Below are positions 8,565 to 18,363 of a stretch of 64,000 nucleotides of DNA, one piece after another. The stretch is from Fibrobacteria bacterium (GTDB lineage Bacteria > Fibrobacterota > Fibrobacteria > UBA11236 > JADFYW01). A program made the translations under genes and the position numbers. The stretch is from assembly GCA_050294405.1 (NCBI GenBank), contig JBNKOC010000024.1, positions 64,001 to 128,000 on the forward strand, in the 5' to 3' direction. A model generated the notes under the pieces. The model searched no databases, was not told the DNA's origin, and worked only from the letters and a program-made list of their open reading frames with translations. Every line of letters starts with the position of its first letter. Position 1 is the stretch's first letter.

Positions 8565-9705
8565 AATTGAATGCGGTTATATAGGATAAATTTAGGAGCC
8601 TAAATTCATTTTTAAAAATATTCGGGTCGCCATCTATGTTTGATATAACATACGGAATACGGGCGTCATCTATCCAAGGATTTTGCCAGCCGATATATTG
8701 AGTCGAAGAATTAAGAGAGTTAACATAAAAGACCTCTTGAGTTCCGACTTTTAGTAATTCTAAATTACGATCGCTATAATCCGTAAAATATCGTAGCCAT
8801 TTTCCCGATGGCGAAATAATAACAAGATGACCAAATCCCCCACCCGCATAATCGGGAACCCAAATTTCGGATACCACTCCCTGAGAGGTTCGAGAATTTT
8901 GAGTAATGTTGGAAACGTCCAATTTGGCTGCCCTAACCCTTCCATCTTCTTCCGCCGTTAGAAATATTTGATGTTCCCCAATCCAAGTGCTTGAAAAAGA
9001 CATATTCCATCGTGGATTTTCATCTGAGTTGTTAATATGCGCCACAAACTTTTCGGAAGTTGTCAGATTAATAAGGTATAAGGTGTCAGATACACCCATT
9101 ACAACTTTTCCAGCTCTGTATGCAAGCCATTTTCCCGAAGGAGAAACTGGTTTAAGACCGTATAAATGTCCTAGTTCATCTGGAAGCTCTATATCGAGGA
9201 CATCCTCCTCATAGCTTGATACCTGCCCTCCTACAATCGAACTTACATTTAAAATATGGTAAGCAAATTTTTGAAATACTATTTGAGTGGACAGAAAAAA
9301 GATTTTATCAGCTCCAATCCATTGAAAAGAATGATAACTTACAACATCAGGATTAGGATTTGTAAATGGCACATATACTTTTTGCGATTCCACATTGAAT
9401 AGAATTAAACTATCTTCCGTTGGGGTTGGATTCCAAATAAAGGCCCATTTTCCTGAGGAGGAAAACCTTGGAGCTTTAATGTCACCCATATAAAATCCTG
9501 GTGATGATTCTAACCAATCTGGTGTCCAATATTCAGAATCATCAAAATCATTTTTAATCACTTCTGTTGAGATATACTGTCCTTCTAGAATATTCTGCTC
9601 AGGTTCAGCACTTTGGATGCAAGCATTAAATAGACTGGGCAAAATCAACATGAAAATAAACCATATCTTTAAATTCACGAAAATGATGCCCCCCGCATTA
9701 TTCAT
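8563..9705 (-). CDS. Putative lipoprotein, TolB/PD40-like beta-propeller with three internal repeats
   Basis: Possible lipobox FNAC. Three S(S/P)SGKW ... WI(G/D) ... L(N/D)(V/L)S repeats. Confidence 0.6.
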   Translation of the reverse strand: MNNAGGIIFVNLKIWFIFMLILPSLFNACIQSAEPEQNILEGQYISTEVIKNDFDDSEYWTPDWLESSPGFYMGDIKAPRFSSSGKWAFIWNPTPTEDSLILFNVESQKVYVPFTNPNPDVVSYHSFQWIGADKIFFLSTQIVFQKFAYHILNVSSIVGGQVSSYEEDVLDIELPDELGHLYGLKPVSPSGKWLAYRAGKVVMGVSDTLYLINLTTSEKFVAHINNSDENPRWNMSFSSTWIGEHQIFLTAEEDGRVRAAKLDVSNITQNSRTSQGVVSEIWVPDYAGGGFGHLVIISPSGKWLRYFTDYSDRNLELLKVGTQEVFYVNSLNSSTQYIGWQNPWIDDARIPYVISNIDGDPNIFKNEFRLLNLSYITAFN

Positions 9706-10294
9706 AGGTAACGATTACAGTATCCAAGGCTACGCTGTTGTTAAAATCCCAAACTTTGGCTATTAGTAAATTTTTCCCTTTAGCGAACCCCTCTATTTGC
9801 GCTTCCCACCAATAATGATGAAATGGAATTTCAATGTCATTTAACGTTAGTTTAGCGATTCCCCCCGGCCCTGTTGCGTAACCAAATAATGTGATGCTCG
9901 GATTAAAAACCCCTAATTTATATTCAAGAGTATCCACAGTTACTTCATCTGGACCGTTAATACCACTAAGCAGCAATATTACCGGATCAAGACTGTTATA
10001 AATTCTATCTCGAATTTCAATTATATCAAGGCTGCCAGAATTGTTCCAACTAGTATCGTAAATATCCGAACTGTAGTCAGCAAAAAGACCTACAAATCTT
10101 GCGTAGCTTACCGTATCTCTTATTACCAGCTCAGAATCGATATTTAATATTTTAACCGAAAGCTTTTTTGGATTGTAAATCGTGATATCTTCAGCTTGTT
10201 CTTTAGGAGCCGTTGTTCCAGATTCAGAAAAATTACATTGGCAAAAGATTATACTTGCAATGGCAGATGTTAGAATTTTACCAAAAACTTTCAT
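9698..10294 (-). CDS. Hypothetical exported protein or lipoprotein, possibly Ig-like C-terminal part
   Basis: 198 aa with signal MKVFGKILTSAIASIIFCQC. Overlaps both neighbours, suggesting translational coupling. Confidence 0.6.
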   Translation of the reverse strand: MKVFGKILTSAIASIIFCQCNFSESGTTAPKEQAEDITIYNPKKLSVKILNIDSELVIRDTVSYARFVGLFADYSSDIYDTSWNNSGSLDIIEIRDRIYNSLDPVILLLSGINGPDEVTVDTLEYKLGVFNPSITLFGYATGPGGIAKLTLNDIEIPFHHYWWEAQIEGFAKGKNLLIAKVWDFNNSVALDTVIVTYE

Positions 10295-11196
10295 TACTCC
10301 GCTATCTGCTTTTCAATATTGTTGATATAATGCTTGTCCCGGTGCTGGGGCAAATTACCCAGGAAGGCGTTTTTAACCCCATCTTCCTTGCCCACTACGT
10401 CCCGCCAAAACTCAGTCACAAAAGTGACATTGGCCGCCTCTTCGCATACATAATGGTACGAACTGGAATCTTCCAGGACCAGAGCCCCGCCAGCATGCTG
10501 GTAAGGAGCGTCAATAGCCGTGACAAAAGATAAGGGAGGCACAAAAGCCACCGGATCGCTTCCATTTACAACCCGTAATAAATTAACATCCCGGAACTTT
10601 TCCACTCCGTCCCGGTTGGTGATTTTGGGCTGGCCAAATGTTATGGTTTGGTTGAGCTTGTACCCATCCACCGTCAGATAATAACTTAACATCACCGCAA
10701 GAGCCCCTCCTAAACTGTGACCCGTAATGGAGACTGGCACATCTTTGTCCAATAAAGGCAAAATCCCCCCATACAATTCCTGAGTGGCCTTGTAAAAACC
10801 CTTGTGCACATATATACCCAGTTTTTCATCTGGAGTTTTGGTGTATTGAGCGTCAGTCAAAATAGAACGCCATTGTTCCACCACAGTTCCCCGGATAGCC
10901 ACAATCTGCTGGGATTTTGCCGAGTCCATCAAAAGCACGGCCTGTCCTGCGGTTTGGGGCATATCCAATAGCGTGATGTTATATAGGCTATCGTATTCCT
11001 CCCAGATTCTTGCCGAATCCCAATAGGCCATTCTCGCAAAGCGGGCCTTTTCCGCCAGCTCCTTAAAATCAAATTTGGGCTGTTTGTCGTCGGAAAACTC
11101 ACATAAAATTTGAGGGGCTACAGTACATTGGCTAAGCATTAGCACAAAGCCTAAACCCACGAGCAGCTTTCCCAATAATCTTCTTTCAAATATCAT
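10294..11196 (-). CDS. Class 3 lipase family lipoprotein
   Basis: VAIRGT, VHKGF, nucleophile motif TGHSLGGA, TFGQPK, DPV. Lipoprotein-like LSQC. Confidence 0.9.
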   Translation of the reverse strand: MIFERRLLGKLLVGLGFVLMLSQCTVAPQILCEFSDDKQPKFDFKELAEKARFARMAYWDSARIWEEYDSLYNITLLDMPQTAGQAVLLMDSAKSQQIVAIRGTVVEQWRSILTDAQYTKTPDEKLGIYVHKGFYKATQELYGGILPLLDKDVPVSITGHSLGGALAVMLSYYLTVDGYKLNQTITFGQPKITNRDGVEKFRDVNLLRVVNGSDPVAFVPPLSFVTAIDAPYQHAGGALVLEDSSSYHYVCEEAANVTFVTEFWRDVVGKEDGVKNAFLGNLPQHRDKHYINNIEKQIAE

Positions 11197-11365
11197 AATA
11201 ATGCATCCTTGCTAAAGGCAAATTTAAAGCAATAAAACGCATAAACTAAATTTTTTCCGAAGCGGTGGTTAAAAAAATAAAATTCGTATAGTTATCGCCG
11301 AAAATTCACCTTTATTTATAGGGTAAGGGGCTAAATTTTAAGAACACATTTTAAAGGTTTTTTTT

Positions 11366-12181
11366 ATGCTTCTTTCCTTATTCAGAAATTTCCAATTAGT
11401 CTTGTTTATTTTATCTTCCTTTGGGATATCAAGCCCCCTTTATTCTGCCACTTGTTCCGATGACTTTGCCGCCGACAGTCTCATGGAAAGCTGGATTTTT
11501 GTGGACAACACCGACAACGACGACGCCCATTACCAAATTGAAAATTCCAGCCTCCATCTATTCGCCCGGGGCGCCGATGTTTACAACGACAGAAATTTTT
11601 TCGCTGGAATTATGCGCAGCGATATTGAGGGAGACTTTGATGTATCTGTAAAAATCATCAGTCAGGATAAAATCCACCCCTGGTCTCAAGCAGGCATATT
11701 AATGGCCAATAATTTGGAGGATCTCAGTGAAGGGGGATACGCCTTTATATCAGTTTCCGAAGAAAACGGAGCCCGCTACTTCTGGGATTCGGAAGGCAGT
11801 GTTGGAACTACAGACAAAAATCTGGGAGATTCCGGCCCCATAACCTATCCAATTTGGATTCGACTGGAAAAAATGGGAGATAAGGTAAACAGCTATTACA
11901 AACAAGACAGCCCCGACGATTGGACGGAAATTGTAACGGACAATAGTCCCCAAATGTTAGGGGAAAATTCCCATATTGCCCTTTATAGTTTTAGCCACGA
12001 CGAAAACCAAACCGGAGAAGTGGTTTTTGATGACTTTAACTGCCTTCATGGAGAATTTGAAGTGAGCATTCAAAGCTTTTACAATCCTTTGAAACCAAAG
12101 CGAAATTTTTCCCTGGAACAGTTTCGTTTGGATGGAAAAATTATTCAAGAAATATTTCCAACAATCAAAAATCGTTTTTAA
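11366..12181 (+). CDS. Secreted concanavalin-like (DUF1349-type) beta-sandwich protein with short C-terminal tail
   Basis: Signal peptide. Motifs GDFDVSVK, WSQAGILM, YPIWIRLEKMGDKVNSYY, VVFDDF. Confidence 0.65.
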   Translation: MLLSLFRNFQLVLFILSSFGISSPLYSATCSDDFAADSLMESWIFVDNTDNDDAHYQIENSSLHLFARGADVYNDRNFFAGIMRSDIEGDFDVSVKIISQDKIHPWSQAGILMANNLEDLSEGGYAFISVSEENGARYFWDSEGSVGTTDKNLGDSGPITYPIWIRLEKMGDKVNSYYKQDSPDDWTEIVTDNSPQMLGENSHIALYSFSHDENQTGEVVFDDFNCLHGEFEVSIQSFYNPLKPKRNFSLEQFRLDGKIIQEIFPTIKNRF

Positions 12182-12350
12182 AAAATTTTAATTGTTGAAC
12201 TAATTAAAAATAGAATTTAGATTTTATAGGAATTCTAGATTTTTACTTGGCCTGCGTTTAAATAACAACTCATAAATAGATTTTTGGGATATCCGAAAAT
12301 TGACGATTACCACTTGCCTATTTGTGATTTTTCTAATAAAAGGAGTTACC

Positions 12351-12932
12351 ATGCTTAGAAGCCTATGCCGCCCAGTTTTTGGAATGGCCGCTTTTTGCGC
12401 CTTTGCCCTTTCCAGTTATGCCCTACCCATTGTTTTGCAAGATACCCAGGACATTTTTCAAATGACCTTTGAAAACGATGACTATTTCTCAATCAATCCT
12501 GTGGGCGCTACCCCTGGTTACAGCCTGGATATTTACTCTGGCGGAGAGTCCGCGGCTATTGCCATTACCTTGGCCATGCGCGATGCCACCAATGCTCTGG
12601 AAGATTTGGTGTTTGTTTTCGAATACACCAGTGCCGATCCCTATTTTCCAGGTCCACATAATCCCGGTGATATATTGGAATTCAGCGATGCCAATAGCTT
12701 TTCCACAGCCACTGTTAATGGCGATGGCATCATGAACGGCTTTGATCATTTAAACCTTACTTTAGAAGTGGGCCCTTCTCGTGAAGAAAGCTTTTACGCC
12801 ACTTTGACCATGTATAGTGATCCTATTGGACCCGATCCATCAGCAGTACCTGAGCCTGCTTCTGCGGCTTTGTTTGGATTTCCCTTACTTGCAGTGGGAT
12901 TTCGCAAACTAAAGCGCAAAATCAAAGGGTAA
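12351..12932 (+). CDS. PEP-CTERM sorting-domain protein
   Basis: C-terminal VPEPASAALFGFPLLAVGFRKLKRK (PEP, TM, basic tail). SD AGGAG before ATG 12351. Signal peptide. Confidence 0.88.
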   Translation: MLRSLCRPVFGMAAFCAFALSSYALPIVLQDTQDIFQMTFENDDYFSINPVGATPGYSLDIYSGGESAAIAITLAMRDATNALEDLVFVFEYTSADPYFPGPHNPGDILEFSDANSFSTATVNGDGIMNGFDHLNLTLEVGPSREESFYATLTMYSDPIGPDPSAVPEPASAALFGFPLLAVGFRKLKRKIKG

Positions 12933-12962
12933 CTTTTAGCCGTCCTGTCGCGAGGATAAAGC

Positions 12963-14009
12963 CTAGCGATTAATCGCTGGGCTGAAACTCCATCGACCTA
13001 ATACATCATGTTGGTTTTGAATTAAAATATTGTTATTCAAAATTGAGATTTGATTTATTAGTTGCATTTGCCTTGTAACTTGCTTCGAAAAACCAATAGA
13101 AGTGGTTGTATCGCCTTTGGATTGCATAAAAGCCCATTTTGCCACCAACGGATTGTGGGCAGCATTGATCCATCCAGCCCCATGATCCCCGCCATTTAAC
13201 AATAAAAACAAATACTTCTCTCCAGCTTCAATGGCGCTATTTACCTCCTCATAAGAGGGACTGGAATTGTTGAAAATAACATCCTCAGGCTGAGTTCCTC
13301 CCTGAAGGGCATTGCGCCATGCTCCCGGAGAATTTATGGAGGAATTGCTGGTGATTCTGAGCACTGGGTAATTGTGATTTTCCAGAGCGGTGGCCATGCG
13401 CACCAACGCCCCCCCATTATTATCGTTGGAGCCATGATGGTGCCAAATCGGAGTTTTGGCGTGCAACTCAATTTTTGTGCTGTCTCCCCCGGCCGCCGTG
13501 GGCACTGCTGCCGCCCAAAAATCAGGGGCAAACTCCAACAAATGATAAGTACCGGAGCCCCCTATGGAAAAGCCGGTAATTATAAAGCGGTTGGTATCCA
13601 GAGAGTAATTGCTTTTTAGCTCTTCAACTGTTTCCAGTACTGCTTTTCCGGCATCGGAAAGGCTACCTGTGGAAGCACCCATTCCTCCCCATGTTCCTGT
13701 GGGACACTGGGGCAACATAATAAAATGCGGCACTCTGGCCTGTATGCTATCCTCTATCCAGGGGTGGGCCTGATCAAAATTGTTCACGGCATTTATGTAT
13801 TCCACATTGGCATCGCCAAGCCCATGCAGGGACACCACCAGGGGATAAGTATTATCAGGATTGTAATTTTCGGGAACAAATAAAAGATACTTAAGCTCAA
13901 TTCCAACGCTGGTTTGGAAACTAAGATCTTCCATACGGTCGCTTTCGCGGCTCCCCTGCCCCCAAATATTTGAATATAAAAGAATAAAAAATATTCCTAA
14001 AATTTTCAT
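12963..14009 (-). CDS. Secreted alpha/beta-hydrolase (predicted peptidase/esterase, COG4099-like)
   Basis: YPLVVSLHGLG, PQCP, GFSIGG nucleophile, PIWHHHGSND. Start moved to MKILG at 14009 on SD and signal-peptide grounds. Confidence 0.8.
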   Translation of the reverse strand: MKILGIFFILLYSNIWGQGSRESDRMEDLSFQTSVGIELKYLLFVPENYNPDNTYPLVVSLHGLGDANVEYINAVNNFDQAHPWIEDSIQARVPHFIMLPQCPTGTWGGMGASTGSLSDAGKAVLETVEELKSNYSLDTNRFIITGFSIGGSGTYHLLEFAPDFWAAAVPTAAGGDSTKIELHAKTPIWHHHGSNDNNGGALVRMATALENHNYPVLRITSNSSINSPGAWRNALQGGTQPEDVIFNNSSPSYEEVNSAIEAGEKYLFLLLNGGDHGAGWINAAHNPLVAKWAFMQSKGDTTTSIGFSKQVTRQMQLINQISILNNNILIQNQHDVLGRWSFSPAINR

Positions 14010-14169
14010 AACAATTTCCTTTCGATACAACATAGATATTGCTTTAAAACAAAATTTGCGCCCAGAATTTGCACTTTCCAGCTTTTAAATCGAATTAGGG
14101 GTGATTCAATTTGTCGCTAAAAACTGATACTATAAATATAACCCATAAAGAAATTTTGAACAGGTAAAA

Positions 14170-15282
14170 TCAGGGAACTAATATTTTTTTTAGTTTTTTT
14201 CCGCCATTTTCTTTAACCTCCACCAGATATAACCCCGGCTTAAATGAGAAAGAATGGTTTGCCGGAGCAAGAGCATATCTTGACAATAGCTTCTCACCAT
14301 TTACGGAATATATATGAAGCTCGTTAAGCTCAATATTACTTATGCTAACATTGATCTTTTGTTTTTCTGTGAAAATGCGCGTCTTAGAAGTCAAATCTGA
14401 GCTGCGAATAGCAAGATTTTCACATTTTGTGCTGTCTTCAAATTTGGCATCGGGATTGTAGTCCACAAAACTGCTATCTTTACAACCCCAGTTTTCCTCC
14501 TCGCAGGAACCGTTGTCATCCAGTACCCAGCCCAGGTTTTCCACCTCTTCCCTATCGTAACGCGGGGAATTGGGGTCTGAACATCCGGCGGCGAGTTTGA
14601 TGTTTTTAAAAGACAAATGGCCCATGTAGACTTCCATTCCAAAGCGGCCAGTAATTTGGGAAGAGTGGTCGTAATCAATACCCGTAATCCAGTCTTCTTC
14701 CCCGGTTTGCCGATACCAGGTTCTAAAATTATTCCCGTTAACGGCGATTCTCAAATCAATCCAATCGTTTTTATCGGCAATGCCGTTGTATTCATCGGGT
14801 GAGTGCTGCATCCAAAAGCCGCAATTGTTGCAAATCAGGCAGCCAATATGTTGACCATCCATTTCCACTTCCATGCCTTCAATATTCGGAGTACCAATTT
14901 CCAAATCCCGGCCTTGTTCATTAACATCAGATTCCTGAGTGCCGCCCGGACGGCCCAATATGTAAATACCTCCATTATTATTTCCGTTAAGACCCTCGTG
15001 GATTTTGTAACTAATATCAAATGTGCCCTCGGTAAAAACCCTTTTATACCAAATGGAGCCTACGGCCGGTTCACCATCATCGTAAACTGTTATAGAGGAA
15101 TCTTCTAAAAACCAGGTAGAAACATCATCGTCTTTAACCAACCACTCGGGAAACATATCGGGCCCTTTAGTGGAATCGTAGGCGCCATCCCACATTGGTT
15201 CCCAAGTGATTTTAGAAAAACCTGGCTGAATCAATAACATAATAAAAAGGCTTAGGGCGATAATTAGTTTAGGTTTTTTCAT
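14170..15282 (-). CDS. Secreted DUF1080 (3-keto-disaccharide hydrolase-like) protein with GCxD repeats and T9SS-like CTD
   Basis: NNGGIYI, GMEVEM, NDW..LRI, GRFGME..LSFKNIK. Two GCxD..Y..D..C linkers. Tail IYSVNG..KPGLYLV..KKILV. Confidence 0.65.
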   Translation of the reverse strand: MKKPKLIIALSLFIMLLIQPGFSKITWEPMWDGAYDSTKGPDMFPEWLVKDDDVSTWFLEDSSITVYDDGEPAVGSIWYKRVFTEGTFDISYKIHEGLNGNNNGGIYILGRPGGTQESDVNEQGRDLEIGTPNIEGMEVEMDGQHIGCLICNNCGFWMQHSPDEYNGIADKNDWIDLRIAVNGNNFRTWYRQTGEEDWITGIDYDHSSQITGRFGMEVYMGHLSFKNIKLAAGCSDPNSPRYDREEVENLGWVLDDNGSCEEENWGCKDSSFVDYNPDAKFEDSTKCENLAIRSSDLTSKTRIFTEKQKINVSISNIELNELHIYSVNGEKLLSRYALAPANHSFSFKPGLYLVEVKENGGKKLKKILVP

Positions 15283-15465
15283 AAAGGCTAAGTTCGTTTT
15301 AAAGGATAGATTGAAGTGAAATTTCCAGTATAAAATCTAAGAAGTTTAAAGAGTAAAAATTTAAAAACGTCCTTTGTTAAAATGATTTTAAAGAAATTTC
15401 GGGGACAGAATACTTTAGTATAATATTGCTGAATTTTATGAAATATTCAGATCAAAAAAGATGAC

Positions 15466-16476
15466 TTAGCCTTTTTCTTGGTAGCCAAACTTTTTTTTCA
15501 GAAACTTCCTGATTGTGAAAAGCAGCAAACCAAAAAATAAAGAGAGAAGCACTCCCCAAAAGCTGAGAAGTTTTTCCCAGAATACACCGGCCATTTCAAG
15601 ACCTTTTATCTTTGCCAGAGAAACTCGGTTTACCTTCACCACTACTTTTAAATTGGCTGCGGTTTTGGGAATGGCTGCTCCACTGCAATCGGGAGAATCG
15701 AACAGATATATATCGGCCCCAACCTCGAATTCACCAGATTCAACGGGTTCAAAAGTAAAGCGGATTTCCGAGCCACTGGGATGGATTTTAAGGCACTGGG
15801 TTTTTTCTGGGTTGAATTTAAACGCAGGGCCTATGGGGGTTACGGTAGCCGACTCACCAAGGGCGGGAATTACGGAACTGTCCTTTTTCATCTCTTTGGC
15901 AAACTTTGCGCTGTTGGCCTCTGAAGAGCTTTCCGAACCAATCCAGACGCGCAATTCATTGGAGTTGCTTGGAAATTCCACCAGGCTATCTACTCCAAGA
16001 AGAACCTTGTAGTTTTCAAAATTTTTTGGAGGTGGTTCGGTTTGGTTAGATTGTCGGTGAGAGTTCTTGTTACTCAGGCTCCCGCTTCCCGAACCGTAGC
16101 CATGTCCAACACCTGTTCCCGCTCCATGCCCAATTGTTCCAAGGGTACCCAAGCCAATGGTTCCTTCGCCAGTTCCACCTCCCCCTTTTCCTGCACCGGT
16201 TAAATCTGTCTCATTTTTATTTGAATTGGCAGTGGATGTATTTGTAGATGTTGTTGCATCGCTGTTTGTTTGGTTTGCAGGGGTTGAATCCACCAAGCCT
16301 TCAAGCGGATCTGATTCTGGCACATCTATGGGAGAGCTGTCTGCGGGCTGTGAGCCATCTTTTCGACTTTTTTCGCCGCCCGTGTTTAAGACAAAGGTGG
16401 AAATGAAAATAATTCCCACAAGGGGGATTAAAATAAACCACAGCCTTTGTATTTTTTTGGCTCCCGATTTTTCCAT
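15466..16476 (-). CDS. Hypothetical membrane protein (N- and C-terminal TM) with S/T linker and Gly-rich segment
   Basis: 336-aa ORF with two hydrophobic helices and the segment GGGGTGEGTIGLGTLGTIGHGAGTG. Confidence 0.7.
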   Translation of the reverse strand: MEKSGAKKIQRLWFILIPLVGIIFISTFVLNTGGEKSRKDGSQPADSSPIDVPESDPLEGLVDSTPANQTNSDATTSTNTSTANSNKNETDLTGAGKGGGGTGEGTIGLGTLGTIGHGAGTGVGHGYGSGSGSLSNKNSHRQSNQTEPPPKNFENYKVLLGVDSLVEFPSNSNELRVWIGSESSSEANSAKFAKEMKKDSSVIPALGESATVTPIGPAFKFNPEKTQCLKIHPSGSEIRFTFEPVESGEFEVGADIYLFDSPDCSGAAIPKTAANLKVVVKVNRVSLAKIKGLEMAGVFWEKLLSFWGVLLSLFFGLLLFTIRKFLKKKFGYQEKG

Positions 16477-16588
16477 ATTTCTTAAAAAAGAAAATTTATT
16501 CAGCTTTCCAAAGGAGAAATATTTTATGGCCGCCTTAGATAACGGCGCTGTAGAGCGTTCTAAGTATTTAATTCAAAAATTCAGACAT

Positions 16589-17098
16589 TTATTTTGACAA
16601 TCGGAATTTAATCCCAGCTCTTAAACTTACATCAAAAAAAGATTTTTCTCCGAATGCAAGCGCAGGAGAAACCTCACCTAGCAACATCAAGGATGGATTG
16701 AGAGTTATCAGTGCCTGAATGGGCACCCCAATGAGTGGCATTATTTCATCAGCTTCATTTTGGCGAAAATCGCATATTCCGACTTTGCCTCCGATTCTTG
16801 GCCTAATGTCTCCAAAATATGGAGTAAAAAATGAAGAAAAAGCCAAATCTGTTAAGATAAACCCATCAAATTCATCTGTTTCAGGCCCATAAAGAAAACT
16901 TCCATTAATAGAAAAATCTGTTCTTTCATTGAATCCAAATTCAATACCTAAATCCCCACCAGCGCTAAAGGTATCCTCCAATAAAATTGAGGTTACCCCT
17001 TTCACGGAAAAAAATATATCACCTTTATCAGAAAAGCCCAGAACTTGGATACATAGCAAAAAGATGAATGCTTTTACATATAATTGAAAACCTTTCAT
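16589..17098 (-). CDS. Small putative 8-stranded outer-membrane beta-barrel
   Basis: Signal peptide, alternating strands, C-terminal VSLRAGIKFRL. Confidence 0.6.
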   Translation of the reverse strand: MKGFQLYVKAFIFLLCIQVLGFSDKGDIFFSVKGVTSILLEDTFSAGGDLGIEFGFNERTDFSINGSFLYGPETDEFDGFILTDLAFSSFFTPYFGDIRPRIGGKVGICDFRQNEADEIMPLIGVPIQALITLNPSLMLLGEVSPALAFGEKSFFDVSLRAGIKFRLSK

Positions 17099-17407
17099 TT
17101 ATAATTTCTCCAATTGAAATTCAATAATTTCCTGAGTGTCCGATAAATATATGTGTTTTACCAACGGTTTAAACCCATCGGAACTAAGCTCTATTTTATA
17201 TTTACCTGATTTTAGTTTTAGTACAGAACTTTTGCCATCAAAATCCCGGGCTTTTCCTACTTCTTTTTCGTTAATTTTGATAATGGCATAGCTCGGTGTT
17301 CCTTTGAAAACAACAGTTCCAGATTGGTCATCGGTTTTCACACTTGTTCGTGGTGGAGCACAATTAAATACGATAGTAGCTAAAAAGCTAATAAATAATA
17401 ACTTCAT
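17099..17407 (-). CDS. PEGA-domain lipoprotein
   Basis: Lipobox VFNC. PEGA pattern TPSYAIIKINEKEVG...LKSGKYKIELSSDGF. Confidence 0.75.
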   Translation of the reverse strand: MKLLFISFLATIVFNCAPPRTSVKTDDQSGTVVFKGTPSYAIIKINEKEVGKARDFDGKSSVLKLKSGKYKIELSSDGFKPLVKHIYLSDTQEIIEFQLEKL

Positions 17408-18363
17408 TTCTCTGTCTCCATTTCAACTCTATGTTCAATGGTAAACCCTGATCCTTCAATTATTTGGCATAATGACCCCTCATTTAGGGGGTCCGTTCCA
17501 AACTGGCTTACAACTTTTACTTTTCCCATTTTGGTTCCGGGAAGCTCAATTTTTGCTCCAGTTGCTTTATTAGTAATACTTTTTCCTGGAGCAATAACAT
17601 TTAAAACATCTCCAATTTGTATTCCAGATCTTTTTCCTGCAGCTATATATACCCCTGAGTCATCAATTTCAATTATAGGAGCCTTCCAAGGGCGACTTTT
17701 TAAAGTCATGAGCATATTACCTACCAATTTTGTTATAGCCCCGTTTAAGGCTTTATCTGAGAGGGTCGCATCATATCCTGCCTTACTTCCAAATCCAAAA
17801 GTTTGGTTAACGGACTTTTCAGCATTTGCCTCTCCAAATTCAGAGTAAAAAGCAACTCCTGTAGAAGGGTCCACCATTCTTATGGTTACTTTTGCATGGG
17901 CGGTTTGAACTTTAGATTTAGAGATACCCGCATCTTGAATTTCAGTTTTTGTGCCAAATTCAGTTACAGATCCATAAATTAATGCCGTTACTCCAATAAA
18001 CGAATCATTTTCACCTTTCAATTTATTTTCTGTTTTTAAATCTTGGAGCTTATTCCGTTCAAGAACAATGAAGTCACCCGTTTTAATTAAATGTGAATTC
18101 AAAATATCACTTGCCTGGGAGCCTAAGTCATCAATAACTCCAAATAAATTACTGCCATAACCAGACTTGTCTACAAACTCCGCAATTGCAATTCTGTGCT
18201 TTAACCCATTACTCTCAATTATTGATGGCGTATCTTCATCTTGAGCCGGTTTTTCAGGAACGGAAGGCTGAACCTGACGCACTGAAGAAGAACATCCCCA
18301 CCAAATAAAAATTAAGGGAACAACGAAAAATCTTATCCACTTATTTTGTTGTTTTATTCGCAT
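17404..18363 (-). CDS. CsgG/HfaB-family lipoprotein with FlgT-like C-terminal domain
   Basis: Lipobox WWGC. RIAIAEF, L.KTGDFIVLER, GSVTEFG, VTIRMVDPSTG. C-terminal VYIAAGKRSGIQIGD. Confidence 0.82.
   Translation of the reverse strand: MRIKQQNKWIRFFVVPLIFIWWGCSSSVRQVQPSVPEKPAQDEDTPSIIESNGLKHRIAIAEFVDKSGYGSNLFGVIDDLGSQASDILNSHLIKTGDFIVLERNKLQDLKTENKLKGENDSFIGVTALIYGSVTEFGTKTEIQDAGISKSKVQTAHAKVTIRMVDPSTGVAFYSEFGEANAEKSVNQTFGFGSKAGYDATLSDKALNGAITKLVGNMLMTLKSRPWKAPIIEIDDSGVYIAAGKRSGIQIGDVLNVIAPGKSITNKATGAKIELPGTKMGKVKVVSQFGTDPLNEGSLCQIIEGSGFTIEHRVEMETEK

Noticed and set aside
12240..12330. sigma54 promoter expected upstream of the PEP-CTERM gene
   Set aside because: The TTGGC and TTGC elements present do not have GG-N10-GC spacing.
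15515..16597. Plus-strand ORFs of 165 and 146 aa
   Set aside because: Antisense shadows of the 15466-16476 gene. The same applies to the other short nested ORFs in the track (e.g. 6004-6453, 42705-43157).
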